Below, one piece after another: positions 11,700 to 22,196 of a stretch of 64,000 bases of DNA (position 1 is its first letter; each line of letters starts with the position of its first letter). The stretch is taken from the NCBI GenBank assembly GCA_963696385.1, contig CAVOKF010000001.1, forward strand, positions 128,001 through 192,000. Direction: 5' to 3'. Source of the DNA: an uncultured delta proteobacterium. Lineage in GTDB: Bacteria; Myxococcota_A; Polyangia; Polyangiales; Polyangiaceae. The position numbers and the translations under genes are program-made. The notes below the pieces were generated by a model, which saw only the letters and a list, made by a program, of their open reading frames with translations, had not been told where the DNA came from and made no database searches.

Positions 11700-13484
11700 T
11701 CAGTCTTCGAAAATCTCCATACCGTCCGCGATGGCTTCGACGATGTGGGTTTTGGTCACGACCCCGCGAAACCTGGGCGCCCCATCCATCCGCTCGCCTT
11801 CGGTCGTGACCACGACAGCGAGATCGGCCTGGACCCGTTGCATGGCCGCGATGAGATCGAAAAGGGTCGTCCCGCTGCCGACCTCGACAAAGTCGTGGCG
11901 GACAACGTCCGCGAGGGACGTCGCCGCGAGGAGCGCGTCAGGGTGCTCTCGGACCCACTGTCGCGAAATGACCCCGACAATGTTTTCGCCGTCCACGATC
12001 ACCCAGTAAACGGGCCCCTCGGCTTGATCGTCGATGATCCGGAGCTCCGCAGCGGCCGTGGGAGGAAGTGCCGCTGCGGTCGCCATCGCCATGTCTGCGA
12101 CATGATGGACGAGGTACGCGTTCGCCTGGAGCGCTTCGGGCATGACGTGGCCGCGACGCGCGAGTTTCATCGTGTAGATGTTCTGCTGGAGGAGCAGCCG
12201 TCGCAAGCCGTGACTCACAGCCACGGTCAGCGTCATCGGGAGAACGACCGAATAGTCGAGTGTCATTTCGAAAGTCATCACGATCGCGGTCAGCGCCGCC
12301 CCCGTTGCGCCGGCGACCAGGCCCGCCATCCCCGCGAGGGCCAACGCAGCCGGATCGAACGGAAGTCCGGGGAAGAGCCCGTGCAGACATCGGCCGAACG
12401 CCCCTCCAAGCGTCGCGCCCATGAACAGCGAAGGAGAAAAGATCCCGCCCGACCCCCCCGACCCGAGCGTAAGCGACGTCGTCAGGAGCTTGAGCCCACC
12501 GAGAGCGACGAGCATCCACACGCTCGGAAGGGCACCCTTCAGGACATCGCCAATCGTCGCATACCCGACCCCTTCGACATAGTAATGGCCCCAGAACACC
12601 ATCGCGGCCTCGATCGTCAGGCCCACGCCGAGGGTGCCGACGATGTGGCGGGCGTAGTCGCCGCCGATCCACTTCTCGAACAGGTCTTCGGCGCCGTAGA
12701 GGGCGCGGATGAATGCCACCGCGACCCACGCCATCCCCGCGCCCAATACGACGTATGCGGGCAGCACCCCCACCGTCATCGACGCATGCACGGGAGGAAC
12801 CGTAAACGCCGGAGCGTCGCCGAAGAGCCTTTGGCCAATGAACGTGGCCGTTGCGGTCGAGAGCGCCACGGGTACGAGCGTTCGCACGCTGACTTCGTGC
12901 ATCAAGACTTCCACGGCGAAGAGGACCCCTCCGAGCGGTGTGTTGAACGTCGCGGCGATGCCGGCGCCTCCCCCCGCGGCGACCAGCGTCGCCCGCTGCC
13001 ATCGCGAGACGCGCGCGATGCCTCCGATCCACGAGGCGAAGGCCGCACTGATCTGGACAATGGGACCCTCACGCCCGACCGATCCTCCGCTTCCGATCGA
13101 AATGGCCGACGCCACGGATTTGACCGCCGCGACGATGGGTCGGATGACGGCCTTGCCGTAGTAGATGGCGTCCATCACTTCCGGCACGCCATGTCCCCTC
13201 GCCTCGGGGGCGAAGTTCTTGACAAGGAAGACAACGACGATGCCGCCCACGACCGGTGCCAGTACGATCGCCGGTCCCCAAGGACTCGGCGGCGTATGCA
13301 GACTGGTGTCGTAGCGAACGGAGAGATGCCCGAGAAAAAAGAGGTTGTGGATGAGGCTGATCAGCATCCGAAAGGCGTACGCCCCGAGGCCGGCGGCGAC
13401 GCCCAGAAGCACTGCGAGACACGAGAACGCGAACGGGCCCCGGGCCAAATGCGCGTCGGCGACGAGGCGCCTGGGCGCATGCAT
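11700..13484 (-). CDS. CLC (EriC) chloride channel/transporter with CBS domains, copy 1
   Basis: GHGVPE, GREGP, FNTPLGG, GGIFSP, NIYT, C-terminal CBS-like pair; start uncertain (13484-13604). Confidence 0.9.
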   Translation of the reverse strand: MHAPRRLVADAHLARGPFAFSCLAVLLGVAAGLGAYAFRMLISLIHNLFFLGHLSVRYDTSLHTPPSPWGPAIVLAPVVGGIVVVFLVKNFAPEARGHGVPEVMDAIYYGKAVIRPIVAAVKSVASAISIGSGGSVGREGPIVQISAAFASWIGGIARVSRWQRATLVAAGGGAGIAATFNTPLGGVLFAVEVLMHEVSVRTLVPVALSTATATFIGQRLFGDAPAFTVPPVHASMTVGVLPAYVVLGAGMAWVAVAFIRALYGAEDLFEKWIGGDYARHIVGTLGVGLTIEAAMVFWGHYYVEGVGYATIGDVLKGALPSVWMLVALGGLKLLTTSLTLGSGGSGGIFSPSLFMGATLGGAFGRCLHGLFPGLPFDPAALALAGMAGLVAGATGAALTAIVMTFEMTLDYSVVLPMTLTVAVSHGLRRLLLQQNIYTMKLARRGHVMPEALQANAYLVHHVADMAMATAAALPPTAAAELRIIDDQAEGPVYWVIVDGENIVGVISRQWVREHPDALLAATSLADVVRHDFVEVGSGTTLFDLIAAMQRVQADLAVVVTTEGERMDGAPRFRGVVTKTHIVEAIADGMEIFED

Positions 13485-13628
13485 CGCGCGAACGGCACCG
13501 TGGGTCGACTGAACGGTCACCGACGGTGAGACCTTGACGTTACCGGGCACCGCTGGTCGGCCATGCACGGTCGCGCGAGCGAAACACCTCGGGCACGGTA
13601 GCACACCACGTCCCTCCAGCGGGACCGT

Positions 13629-15056
13629 TCACGACCGCGACCGTGCGATGGACTGGCTCGTCGCCCACGCCAGGAGAGCGGCCCCAAAGCATGGCGCGAG
13701 CGCCGCAAGCGATCGCAGCGCGACCCGAAAAACCGTCGTCCCACACCCGGAGTGCGCGAGGTGGACCACAGACCACACCGCATCCACCGCCGCGGCTGCC
13801 GTGGTGCACGCAAGACGCGCCGGGCGGGGACGTACCGCGCTTCGGAAGAGCTGTGCAGCGAGCAGCAGGTCAAATCCGATCCAGGCGATGAGAATGTCGC
13901 GAGAGACCCCCGATTCGTTCGAGTAACCGAATGCGACCAGCCCAGCCAGGAGGCCTATCCATGGCACCAGGGGCAGGGCGAGCACCAAAGGCGGTGCGCT
14001 CGGGTGGCGCGCGATCGAACGCAGGGCAAACGCAAGCAAGGAGCCCCCCGCAAAGGCGCGCAAGGATTCGACGACGTGCGCGGTCGGGCACTCGCCGTTC
14101 GGGAATACGAGCCACACGTCTTGCCAAAGGCAGGGTCGCAGTCGCTGCTTGAAGGCATGAAGCCCGTAACAATCGTAAAGAGGCCGGAAAATGAACCGGG
14201 CGCATCGCAACCAGTACGACACGGGGCCGGCCAATGGCGCGAGCCCGAGCGTGACAAATGCGCTGTCGCGCGATTCGCACATCATCGTATCCAGGAGCAA
14301 CTCGGTCGTGCCGTTCGGCGCTCGCCGGCTCCGCACGATGTCCTCCACCAACCAGCCCCGCGTCGCATGAATCGGCACGGCCGAAAGAAACTCGACGATT
14401 CGCCCATCCCACTCCGCCACGTAGTACCGATGGTCGCAGGGCACGTGAAACGGCTCGACCGAGACCAAGAAGGCCATCGGCGCGATGTGACGCGACGCCA
14501 ACCATTCCTTGGCGAGCGATTCCACTTCGGACCGCAACGGTGAACCGCGATCCAGCTCGCCCGCATCCATGCGGCGAACGCGCACGCCCTTCGCTTTGGC
14601 GCGTCGGATTTGCTCGCGGAGGCTCCGATGCTGGCCCCGTTTGGCGATCCACTCTGCGGGCCGCCAAAGGGGCTGCTGACCGAGCAGAAGGGACGCAAAG
14701 CCCTCGATGTTGGAGGTCTCGGTTGCAAAAAAACACGCGCTCCGGCCGTTCGCCTTCGCGCTGCATAGAAATGCCATGGCCGCATTGGAGACGCACGACG
14801 CATCCACCAGTGGCCGCCCAGCCGCAATCCACGCACGCCCGCTGTCCACGTACGCCACGCACGCTCGGTCCGTACCCATCGAGCCCTCGTCGAACCAGTA
14901 ACGCATGCCCGATTCGACGGAGAGGAACGACACAGCGTCGGCGCCGAACCGCCGCAGCAGAACAAGGAGCCGTTCGCGTTCGCGCAAGCGCGTTTCGAGG
15001 GAACCTCGCGTTCGGATTTCGCCGTCGCCGTTGCCTGAGAAGCCGATCGCGTGCAC
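13629..15056 (-). CDS. DUF2156 / MprF C-terminal-like aminoacyl-PG synthase domain with C-terminal TM helices
   Basis: WIAAGRPL, LREQIRRA, APNGTTELL, VTLGLAPL, YxxxGLHAFK; hydrophobic C-terminus. Confidence 0.75.
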   Translation of the reverse strand: MHAIGFSGNGDGEIRTRGSLETRLRERERLLVLLRRFGADAVSFLSVESGMRYWFDEGSMGTDRACVAYVDSGRAWIAAGRPLVDASCVSNAAMAFLCSAKANGRSACFFATETSNIEGFASLLLGQQPLWRPAEWIAKRGQHRSLREQIRRAKAKGVRVRRMDAGELDRGSPLRSEVESLAKEWLASRHIAPMAFLVSVEPFHVPCDHRYYVAEWDGRIVEFLSAVPIHATRGWLVEDIVRSRRAPNGTTELLLDTMMCESRDSAFVTLGLAPLAGPVSYWLRCARFIFRPLYDCYGLHAFKQRLRPCLWQDVWLVFPNGECPTAHVVESLRAFAGGSLLAFALRSIARHPSAPPLVLALPLVPWIGLLAGLVAFGYSNESGVSRDILIAWIGFDLLLAAQLFRSAVRPRPARLACTTAAAAVDAVWSVVHLAHSGCGTTVFRVALRSLAALAPCFGAALLAWATSQSIARSRS

Positions 15057-15324
15057 GGTCCGCCCTCTGTCTTACCAGCACCATGCGCTGACGCGCCGCT
15101 CGTAACGGATTGCTCGTGGCGGACGCATGCGTCGAGCTTCCCGAGCGATAGCCGATCCATCCGCGCACCAGGCTCGGACAGGTCGTCTCCGCCGTGAGCC
15201 GCGAGGGTGGCCGAGGATGCAGAGGGACAAGAGGCCGCGCAAGCCAGGCGCTCACGAGTTCGACCGGAATGGAAACCTGTTTCACCCGGGACTACGGTGG
15301 GCGCCGATCGCGCATGAGCTCACG

Positions 15325-17254
15325 ATGACGGTGCCTGGAAACGGCGAAGTGCCAGCTCGTTCTGCGGGTCTGCGGCCGTTGAGAGGAATCGTGACCCGGG
15401 CGGTCGATTCGAGCGAGCCACTCCGGTGGCCTCCAACTGCTCGGGCGTACGCTCCTGACCGCGGCGCTCGTGGGGGTCGCGGCCGGCTTGGTCGGATCCT
15501 TCTTCTATGCCGGTGTCGAAATCGTCGAACGGATCGTCCTGGAGCGCTGGTGCGGATACGTCCCGCTGCGCGCCGCAGGTGAGCCGGTCGCGCGAGCGAC
15601 CGCCGAAGCTCCGTTTCGGGGCTGGCTCGTCTGGTTGGTGCCCGCCGTCGGCGCCCTTGGGGCCGGCCTCATCACTCGGTTGGCGCCGGAGGCGCGGGGC
15701 GGCGGCGCGGACGCCATCATCGAGGCCTTTCACTCGCACCGCGGACTCGTCCGGCGGCGCGTTCCGCTCGTCAAAGCCGTCGCGTCGATTCTAACCCTCG
15801 GATTCGGTGGATCCGGCGGTCGCGAAGGGCCGACGATGCAAATGGGCGGCGGCATCGGATCGGTGATTGGCCAATATCTTCGCGCAACCGATCGTGAGCG
15901 GCGCGTTTTGCTCGTGGCGGGGACCGCGGCGGGCATGGCTGCCGTGTTCCGAACGCCGCTCGGCGCGGCCTTGCTCGCGGTCGAAGTGCTGCACCGGGAC
16001 GATTTCGAGGCCGAAGCGCTCGTCCCGTCGGTTTTGGCCAGTGTGGTCGCCTACTCGGTCTTCATTTCCATTTTTGGCGAGTCGACGCTATTCGTACACG
16101 CTGCCAAGTACCCGTTCGTTCCGCAGCACCTGCCGCTCTATGCGCTACTCGCCGTCCTCGTCTCGGCCATTGCGGCGATGTTCCTGGTCGTGCTGCGCAC
16201 GACGCAGGCGTACACCGCAAGGGTGCGGATCGCCGATTGGGCGAAGCCCGCCCTGGGTGGGCTTCTTCTCGGCGCAGCGGCCGTGCCGGTGATCCTCTTC
16301 GTAGGTCGGCAACTCGGGCGCGACGGAATGGGACTCGGAATTCTGGGCGGCGGCTACGGCGCAGCCCAACTGGCGATCACAGGAGCCCCTTGGTTTCCGG
16401 GCGGCTGGCGCGCCGTGGAGCTCCTGGTCCTACTCGGCTTCGCCAAGATCTTTGCGACTGCGCTTACCGTGGGAACCGGCGGAAGCGCCGGGGACTTCGG
16501 TCCATCGCTCGTCATCGGCGGCATCTTCGGGGGAGCGTTTGGTCGAGCGGCCCAACTGTTGCTTCATGACCCGCGAATCGATCCCGGCGCATTTGCGCTC
16601 GTCGGGATGGGAACATTCTACGGGGGACTGGCCCATGTCCCCATCGCATCTCTCGTCATGGTGTGCGAACTCACAGGCAGTTACGACCTGCTCGTGCCGC
16701 TGATGCTGGCCAACGGGGTGAGCTTCATCGCGCTCCGCAATCGCTCGCTTTACCACGCGCAGCCGGCGACGCGCCGGGACTCGCCTGCGCATCGCGGCGA
16801 GCTCATTCTCGACGTCCTGCGCGACATACGTGTCGGCGACGTCTTGGTGAAGGGGCGCCCGTACGCGGTCTTCCAGGCCACTGCTCCTGCCACCGAGGTC
16901 ATTCACGAAGTAGCCGGTGCACAATGGCAAGACGTCTTTCCGGTGATCTCGTCGAACGGAGCGGTCGTCGGAGTGATCACGAGCGACATCCTCCGCACGA
17001 TTGTACAAGAACCGAGCATTGCCGAATGGGCGATCGCGCACGACATGATGCTGGCTCCAGTCATCGTGCACGACAGCGCCGATGTGAGCAGCGCGCTCGA
17101 AATTTTGCTCTCGCACAGCGCCCGAGAAGTCGTGGTCGTGGACGACGATGGACACATCGTCGGCTTTCTCGACGAAGCCGAGATCTCGCGCCTGCACCAT
17201 CGATCGACACACGCCATCGACCTGTCCGACCGATCCGTCACGGGGGCCCCCTAA
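15325..17254 (+). CDS. CLC chloride channel/transporter with CBS domains, copy 2 (probable frameshift near 15425)
   Basis: GGGAD, GREGP, FRTPLG, AGDFGP, SLY, CBS pair. The CLC frame has a stop at 15392 and no ATG/GTG/TTG before 15470; an ATG at 15325 lies in a neighbouring frame. Confidence 0.85.
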
Positions 17255-17439
17255 TGGCGATTTCGGCTGCGGGGACCTGGACGTCGCGTCGGGCGTCTCT
17301 GCGATGGCAGGCGGTGTCTAGGGGGGTCTCGTTTCCGCTGCTGCGGCGTCCGACTCAAGCTTGGCCGGATCCACTCGCGGCGGCTCGCCGGGAAGTTTTT
17401 TTCAGGTTCATCCTGGTCCCAGGCCGATAGACTGCGCGC

Positions 17440-18471
17440 GTGCGACGGGTGGCTCGATACTCCGGTGTCCGCTTGGCTCTGCTGACCGCGACCCTGTGCC
17501 TTTTGGGTTGCGCTGGCCCGGGACGTGTGCAGTACGACGGGGGTGGCTGCCTCAAGGATGGGCGGCGGCTGACGATTCGGGATGTCGAATCGGACCAGGC
17601 CGAGGTGGCCCGCCGAATCGCCTCGCGTCAGCCCTGGTTCGCGGTGATCACGATTGGCGTCGTCCTTCTCGCCGCAGCCGGCAACGCCGAGAAGGGCCTG
17701 CTGCTCGTCCGCGCCCGACACGCCGAGGGGCATCGTCCCCTCACCGATCGGCTCCGGGAAGTTCTTGCCCGGCAGCGGGAGAACCCTGTTCTGTTCTCGG
17801 CGATCGTGGGCGGCTCGTTGGCCCTCATCGGCGTCGCCAGCGTCGCGTACATTTACCTCGACATCGACAAGCGCGCGAGCGAACGAGCGCTCGAGATGCT
17901 TCAGTTTTGCCATCTTGCGCTCCGCACCCAAGAGGAGGAGGGCGTCCTCAACGATCAGCGACACAACCTCGAGTCCATTCAGTCGACCGCCGGCGACATC
18001 CGCTCGCTCGTGGACAAGCTGCCGCCCGACCAGCAGCGCAAGGCTCAGTTGATCGTCGATCAGATGAACGAGGCGCTCGCGAAACAAGGCAAGATCGTGG
18101 GCGAGTACGTGGAGCGTACGGACGAGGCGCAGAAGGACTTGAGCGCCCACACGATGGCGATGGAGAAGGGACTGGCCTCGGTCGACGGCAAACTGGCGGA
18201 CCTCCGGTCGGTACCCACGAACCTGCGGGACTTGGAGAGCGCTGCCCATCGCATCGACGAGACAACCAGTTCGGTGGACTCGCGCTTGCGCGACCTGCGC
18301 GCCGGCATCGCGGACGTGGACGCCAAGCTCGAAACGTTGCTTGCGCGCCCCGCCTGTGCCGCGCCTCGTGTCTCGCCCGAGGCCTCCGCCTCCGCTTCGG
18401 CTGTCGCCGCGCCGGTGCCGCGGTCGCGAACCCGGGACGGCGGCCTGGACGGGGGAAGGAGCTTGCCCTAA
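17440..18471 (+). CDS. Hypothetical membrane/lipoprotein with long coiled-coil
   Basis: Lipobox-like LLGC, two further hydrophobic segments, heptad-rich C-terminal half. Confidence 0.7.
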   Translation: MRRVARYSGVRLALLTATLCLLGCAGPGRVQYDGGGCLKDGRRLTIRDVESDQAEVARRIASRQPWFAVITIGVVLLAAAGNAEKGLLLVRARHAEGHRPLTDRLREVLARQRENPVLFSAIVGGSLALIGVASVAYIYLDIDKRASERALEMLQFCHLALRTQEEEGVLNDQRHNLESIQSTAGDIRSLVDKLPPDQQRKAQLIVDQMNEALAKQGKIVGEYVERTDEAQKDLSAHTMAMEKGLASVDGKLADLRSVPTNLRDLESAAHRIDETTSSVDSRLRDLRAGIADVDAKLETLLARPACAAPRVSPEASASASAVAAPVPRSRTRDGGLDGGRSLP

Positions 18472-18600
18472 CGCCACTGGAGGTACGAACGCGGCTTGCC
18501 ACCCTGCCGTTTTGGGGGGGGCCGGACTGCCGTGGGTGGCGGGGACGAAAGATCGCGCCTTGTCGCCCAAAAATCTGTGTTCATCTCGCCTCGGAACGCG

Positions 18601-20067
18601 ATGACGATCGCCACCAAGTTCACTCTCGCCCTGCTCGCGTGTGTCATCGTCGCGGTGATGAGCTACGCGACTCTGGCGGTGCGGAGCGAGCTGACTCGTT
18701 CGGAGTTGGGCATTGTCGAGCACGAGGCTGCGACCGCTCATGCCCTTCGGCCGGCGATTCGCGACGTATGGCTGCATGACGGAGAGCCTCGCGCCCTGCA
18801 GCTCGTCGAAGAGGCACGGCAGCGCCTCCGTAACGTGGACGTCCGGCTCGTTTCGCTCGACCCCGCCGCGCCTTCCGGGAAGAGGCCACGGATCGACGTG
18901 CTCCGACTGGCGGGGCTTGAGGATGGACACGACGTCGTCGTGGTCGATCGCCACTTCGAAAAAGCCGGTCGAATCTTCACCTATGTCGGGGTGCCCTTGG
19001 CGACGTCGGCGGCCACGGCGATCGAAGTGTCGCAGTCGCTCGCCGGTCACGCCGCGGTCCGCCGCGAGGTCTTGCGCAGCGCGGGCCTCACGGCGCTCGT
19101 CATCGCCGCCGCGGCCGGAGTCGTCACCTCGTTGCTCGGCCTGGTCCTGATCGGCCGACCGCTCGCGGAGCTCGTCGCGCAGGCCCACCGCATCAGTGAG
19201 GGAGACCTGTCGTACCGCATCGCGATTCGGCGGCGTGATGAGATCGCCAAGCTCGGGGATGCCATGAACCGCATGTGCGAGCGTCTTCGCGAGGCGCGTG
19301 AGAGTGAGCGGGCGCAGGCGAACGCCAAGATGCGCGCCCTCTCGCAACTTCGGCACGCCGACCGCCTCGCCACCGTCGGACGGCTCGCGGCCGGCCTCGC
19401 GCACGAGCTCGGGACCCCGCTCAACATCGTCCAGGCCCGTGCCCGGCAGGTGGCCGGCGGCTCGCTCGCCCCTCCGGACGCGAGCGAGAAGGCCCGCATC
19501 ATCGTCGAACAGGTCGGGCGAATGACGAAGCTCATCCGGCAGCTTCTCGACTTTGCGCGCAAGGGCGAGCTGCAGCCGGTCGACGTGGATATTCGGGCCC
19601 TCGTCGACCGCGCCGTGACGCTTCTCGAGCCCATTGTGCGGAAAAGCGGCGTGTCGTTGGCCGTCGCGGGCGGCACGGAGCCCCTTCACGGCCACATCGA
19701 TCCAGAACAGATGACCCAGGTCGTCCTGAATCTCTTGATGAATGCGCTGCACGCGACCGAGTCGGGAAAGGCGGTCTCGATCGCCCTGGGCCGCGGCCGT
19801 GCCATTCCTCCGGCCGATGACGGACGAGGCGAGCAGCCCTGCCTGCGTATCGAGGTCCGCGACGAGGGGGCCGGGATTGCTTTGGAGGCCCTGCCGCGAA
19901 TTTTCGAGCCCTTCTTCACCACGAAAGACGTCGGCGAGGGCACGGGGCTCGGGCTGTCCGTGGCGTACGGCATCGTGAAGGATCACGGCGGGTGGATCGA
20001 TGTGGCCAGCGAGGTCGGACAAGGCAGCACCTTCACCGTGTGGCTGCCGGACGCGGGGCGATCGTGA
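18601..20067 (+). CDS. Membrane sensor histidine kinase (HAMP-HisKA-HATPase)
   Basis: Two TMs, HAMP, LAHELGTPL, NLLMNA, DEGAG, FEPFFTTK, GTGLGL. Confidence 0.93.
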   Translation: MTIATKFTLALLACVIVAVMSYATLAVRSELTRSELGIVEHEAATAHALRPAIRDVWLHDGEPRALQLVEEARQRLRNVDVRLVSLDPAAPSGKRPRIDVLRLAGLEDGHDVVVVDRHFEKAGRIFTYVGVPLATSAATAIEVSQSLAGHAAVRREVLRSAGLTALVIAAAAGVVTSLLGLVLIGRPLAELVAQAHRISEGDLSYRIAIRRRDEIAKLGDAMNRMCERLREARESERAQANAKMRALSQLRHADRLATVGRLAAGLAHELGTPLNIVQARARQVAGGSLAPPDASEKARIIVEQVGRMTKLIRQLLDFARKGELQPVDVDIRALVDRAVTLLEPIVRKSGVSLAVAGGTEPLHGHIDPEQMTQVVLNLLMNALHATESGKAVSIALGRGRAIPPADDGRGEQPCLRIEVRDEGAGIALEALPRIFEPFFTTKDVGEGTGLGLSVAYGIVKDHGGWIDVASEVGQGSTFTVWLPDAGRS

Positions 20068-21419
20068 CTCGGGTCCTCGTCGTGGATGACGAGCTGGCCA
20101 TGGCGCAAGCCATGGCCGAGGAGCTCACGGCGCGGCGCTTGGAGGTCACGGTCCTAACAAGCGCCGACGCGGCCTTCTCGATGGTGACGGAAGGCGACTT
20201 CGACGTCGTGGTGACCGATCTGAACATGCGCGGCATGAACGGCATCGAGCTCTGCGATCGCGTCGTGACCAACCGATCGGACGTGCCGGTCATCGTGGTG
20301 ACGGCCTTCGGGAGCATGGATACGGCGGTCGCTACGCTGCGAGCCGGCGCGTTCGATTTTTTGACGAAGCCCTTCGGGATGGAGCAACTCGTCATCGCGG
20401 TGGAGCGCGCCGCGCAGCACCGATTCCTTCGCGAGGAGGTCAAGAGGCTGCGGGCAGCCGCTACGCCATCCGGGCCATTCGCGGAGTTCGTGGGGTCGAG
20501 CCCGGCGATGAAGACCGTATTGACCCTGCTCGATCGAATCGCCGAGACGGACACGACGGCTCTCGTCACGGGCGAGACGGGCACGGGAAAAGAACTGGCG
20601 GCTCGCGCCATCCACCGCCGTAGCCGTCGCTCGGACGCGCCGATGGTGACCGTCAATTGCGCGGCCGTACCCGCCACCCTGCTCGAAAGTGAGCTCTTCG
20701 GCCACGTGCGCGGCGCCTTCACCGACGCGCGCACCGACCGCAAGGGCCTCTTCGTCCAAGCGCACAAGGGGACGCTCTTTCTCGACGAGGTCGGCGAGAT
20801 GCCGCCGGAGATGCAGGTGAAGCTTCTCCGCGCCCTCGAGGCGCGGACGGTGCGGCCCGTCGGTGGCCAGCACGAGGTGGCCTTCGACGTGCGACTGATC
20901 ACCGCCACCCACCGCGATCTCGTGGCAAGCGTCGAAGAGGGGACCTTCCGGGAGGACCTGTACTACCGCATCAACGTCCTGGAGATCACGATGCCGCCGC
21001 TTCGCGCCCGAGGTACGGACGTGCTGCTGCTCGCGCGGTCGTTCCTCGAGGAGTTTGCGCGTCGGCACGCCAAACCCGTCCAGCGCATCTCGTCGCCTGT
21101 CGCGGAACGTCTGCTTTCGTATGCGTGGCCGGGAAACATCCGTGAGCTCCGCAACTGCATGGAGCGCGCCGTGGCGCTCGCGCGCTTCGAAGAGGTGATC
21201 GTCGAGGACTTGCCCGTCCAGGTGCGCGACTACCGACCGACCCATGTGTTGGTCGCCGCCAACGATCCTTCCGAGCTCGTACCGCTGGCCGAGGTGGAGC
21301 GGCGATACGTCGAACGGGTCATGGAGGCCGTAGGGGGCAACAAGCGGCAAGCCGCCCAGATCCTGGGGCTCGACCGGGCGACGCTCTATCGAAAGCTCGA
21401 ACGCTGGTCGCCGCGGTAG
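20064..21419 (+). CDS. Sigma54-dependent response regulator (REC-AAA+-Fis HTH)
   Basis: GTGA overlap with the kinase; VLVVDD, GETGTGKE, ELFGHVRGAFTDA, LFLDE, WPGNIREL, GNKRQAAQILG. Confidence 0.95.
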   Translation: MTRVLVVDDELAMAQAMAEELTARRLEVTVLTSADAAFSMVTEGDFDVVVTDLNMRGMNGIELCDRVVTNRSDVPVIVVTAFGSMDTAVATLRAGAFDFLTKPFGMEQLVIAVERAAQHRFLREEVKRLRAAATPSGPFAEFVGSSPAMKTVLTLLDRIAETDTTALVTGETGTGKELAARAIHRRSRRSDAPMVTVNCAAVPATLLESELFGHVRGAFTDARTDRKGLFVQAHKGTLFLDEVGEMPPEMQVKLLRALEARTVRPVGGQHEVAFDVRLITATHRDLVASVEEGTFREDLYYRINVLEITMPPLRARGTDVLLLARSFLEEFARRHAKPVQRISSPVAERLLSYAWPGNIRELRNCMERAVALARFEEVIVEDLPVQVRDYRPTHVLVAANDPSELVPLAEVERRYVERVMEAVGGNKRQAAQILGLDRATLYRKLERWSPR

Positions 21420-21420
21420 C

Positions 21421-21560
21421 AGTACGCTCTACCCCGAGCGACCGGCTGGCAACAAGTTCGCGATGGCGGCGCGTCGATCGTCCATGTCGAAGTACGCTCT
21501 ACCCCGAGCGATCGGGCGGCAACAGGTTCGTGATGGCGGCGCGTAGATCGTCCATGTCGA
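21421..21560. repeat. Diverged 70-bp tandem duplication including the 3' end of the minus-strand regulator
   Basis: 21421-21490 and 21491-21560 both run AGTACGCTCTACCCCGAGCGA...GATCGTCCATGTCGA. Confidence 0.9.
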
Positions 21561-22071
21561 ACGGCTTGTCGAAGAAAACGGCGAGCAGGTCCTCGGCGCG
21601 CTTTCGGGTCGCATTGTCGCCGAAGGCCGTCATCAGGATGACCGGCGTGTGCCGGTGCGCCTGGCGGAGCACCTCGAGGATCTGCAGCCCCGTGCAGACG
21701 GGCATGCGGATGTCGGAGACGATGAGGTCGACGGAGTCGTCGTCGGCCTCCATTTTCATGCGAGCGGCGATGGCGACGAGCAACCTGCCGCCGTCGGCCA
21801 CCTCGACCACCTCGTAACCGTCGTCGCGAAGGGCGTCGGCGACGACGCGGCGCATCTCGACGTCGTCCTCCGCGAGCAGAATGCGAAACGGGCGGGTGCG
21901 AAGCCCGGCAGGGTTCCCCGCATTCGAGGTCCGCGCAGCGTCCTTGGGCTCCGCGGCCGTGACTTCTGCCACAGCCGCGACGGAGCGTTCGTTCGGCGAC
22001 GTCTCCGCCTTGCCCTCGTCCGGCCGGATCCCATGCGAATCCGGCGGTCCTCTGGGGGTATTGTTGGCCAT
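21499..22071 (-). CDS. Single-domain response regulator with N-terminal extension
   Basis: ILLAEDD, DLIVSDIRMP, ILMTAFG, KPF. Confidence 0.88.
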   Translation of the reverse strand: MANNTPRGPPDSHGIRPDEGKAETSPNERSVAAVAEVTAAEPKDAARTSNAGNPAGLRTRPFRILLAEDDVEMRRVVADALRDDGYEVVEVADGGRLLVAIAARMKMEADDDSVDLIVSDIRMPVCTGLQILEVLRQAHRHTPVILMTAFGDNATRKRAEDLLAVFFDKPFDMDDLRAAITNLLPPDRSG

Positions 22072-22086
22072 GATGCCGATGCTTGT

Positions 22087-22102
22087 TGCACCCGGTGTGC
22101 CG
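22087..22102 (-). promoter_or_regulatory. Candidate sigma54 promoter
   Basis: CGGCACACCGGGTGCA on the minus strand just upstream of 22071. Confidence 0.55.
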
Positions 22103-22164
22103 TCGAAGCGCGCTCGCGCCGCGAGAGCGCACCACGGAAGGGGCCGGTGTGCCGTTCCATCGCC

Positions 22165-22196
22165 GTCGCATTCTGCAACACGGCGCATCTTGCACC
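22165..22196. promoter_or_regulatory. Tandem imperfect palindromes, candidate enhancer-binding-protein sites
   Basis: GTCGCA-TTC-TGCAAC and GGCGCA-TCT-TGCACC, 65-95 bp upstream of the -24 element. Confidence 0.45.

Noticed and set aside
17251..20022. 923-aa minus ORF and similar long Arg/Ala-rich antisense ORFs throughout
   Set aside because: They lie opposite genes with clear motifs; expected in GC-rich DNA.
20710..20730. GAFTDA instead of GAFTGA as a sign of sigma54 independence
   Set aside because: The key Phe-Thr is retained and this variant is not unusual.
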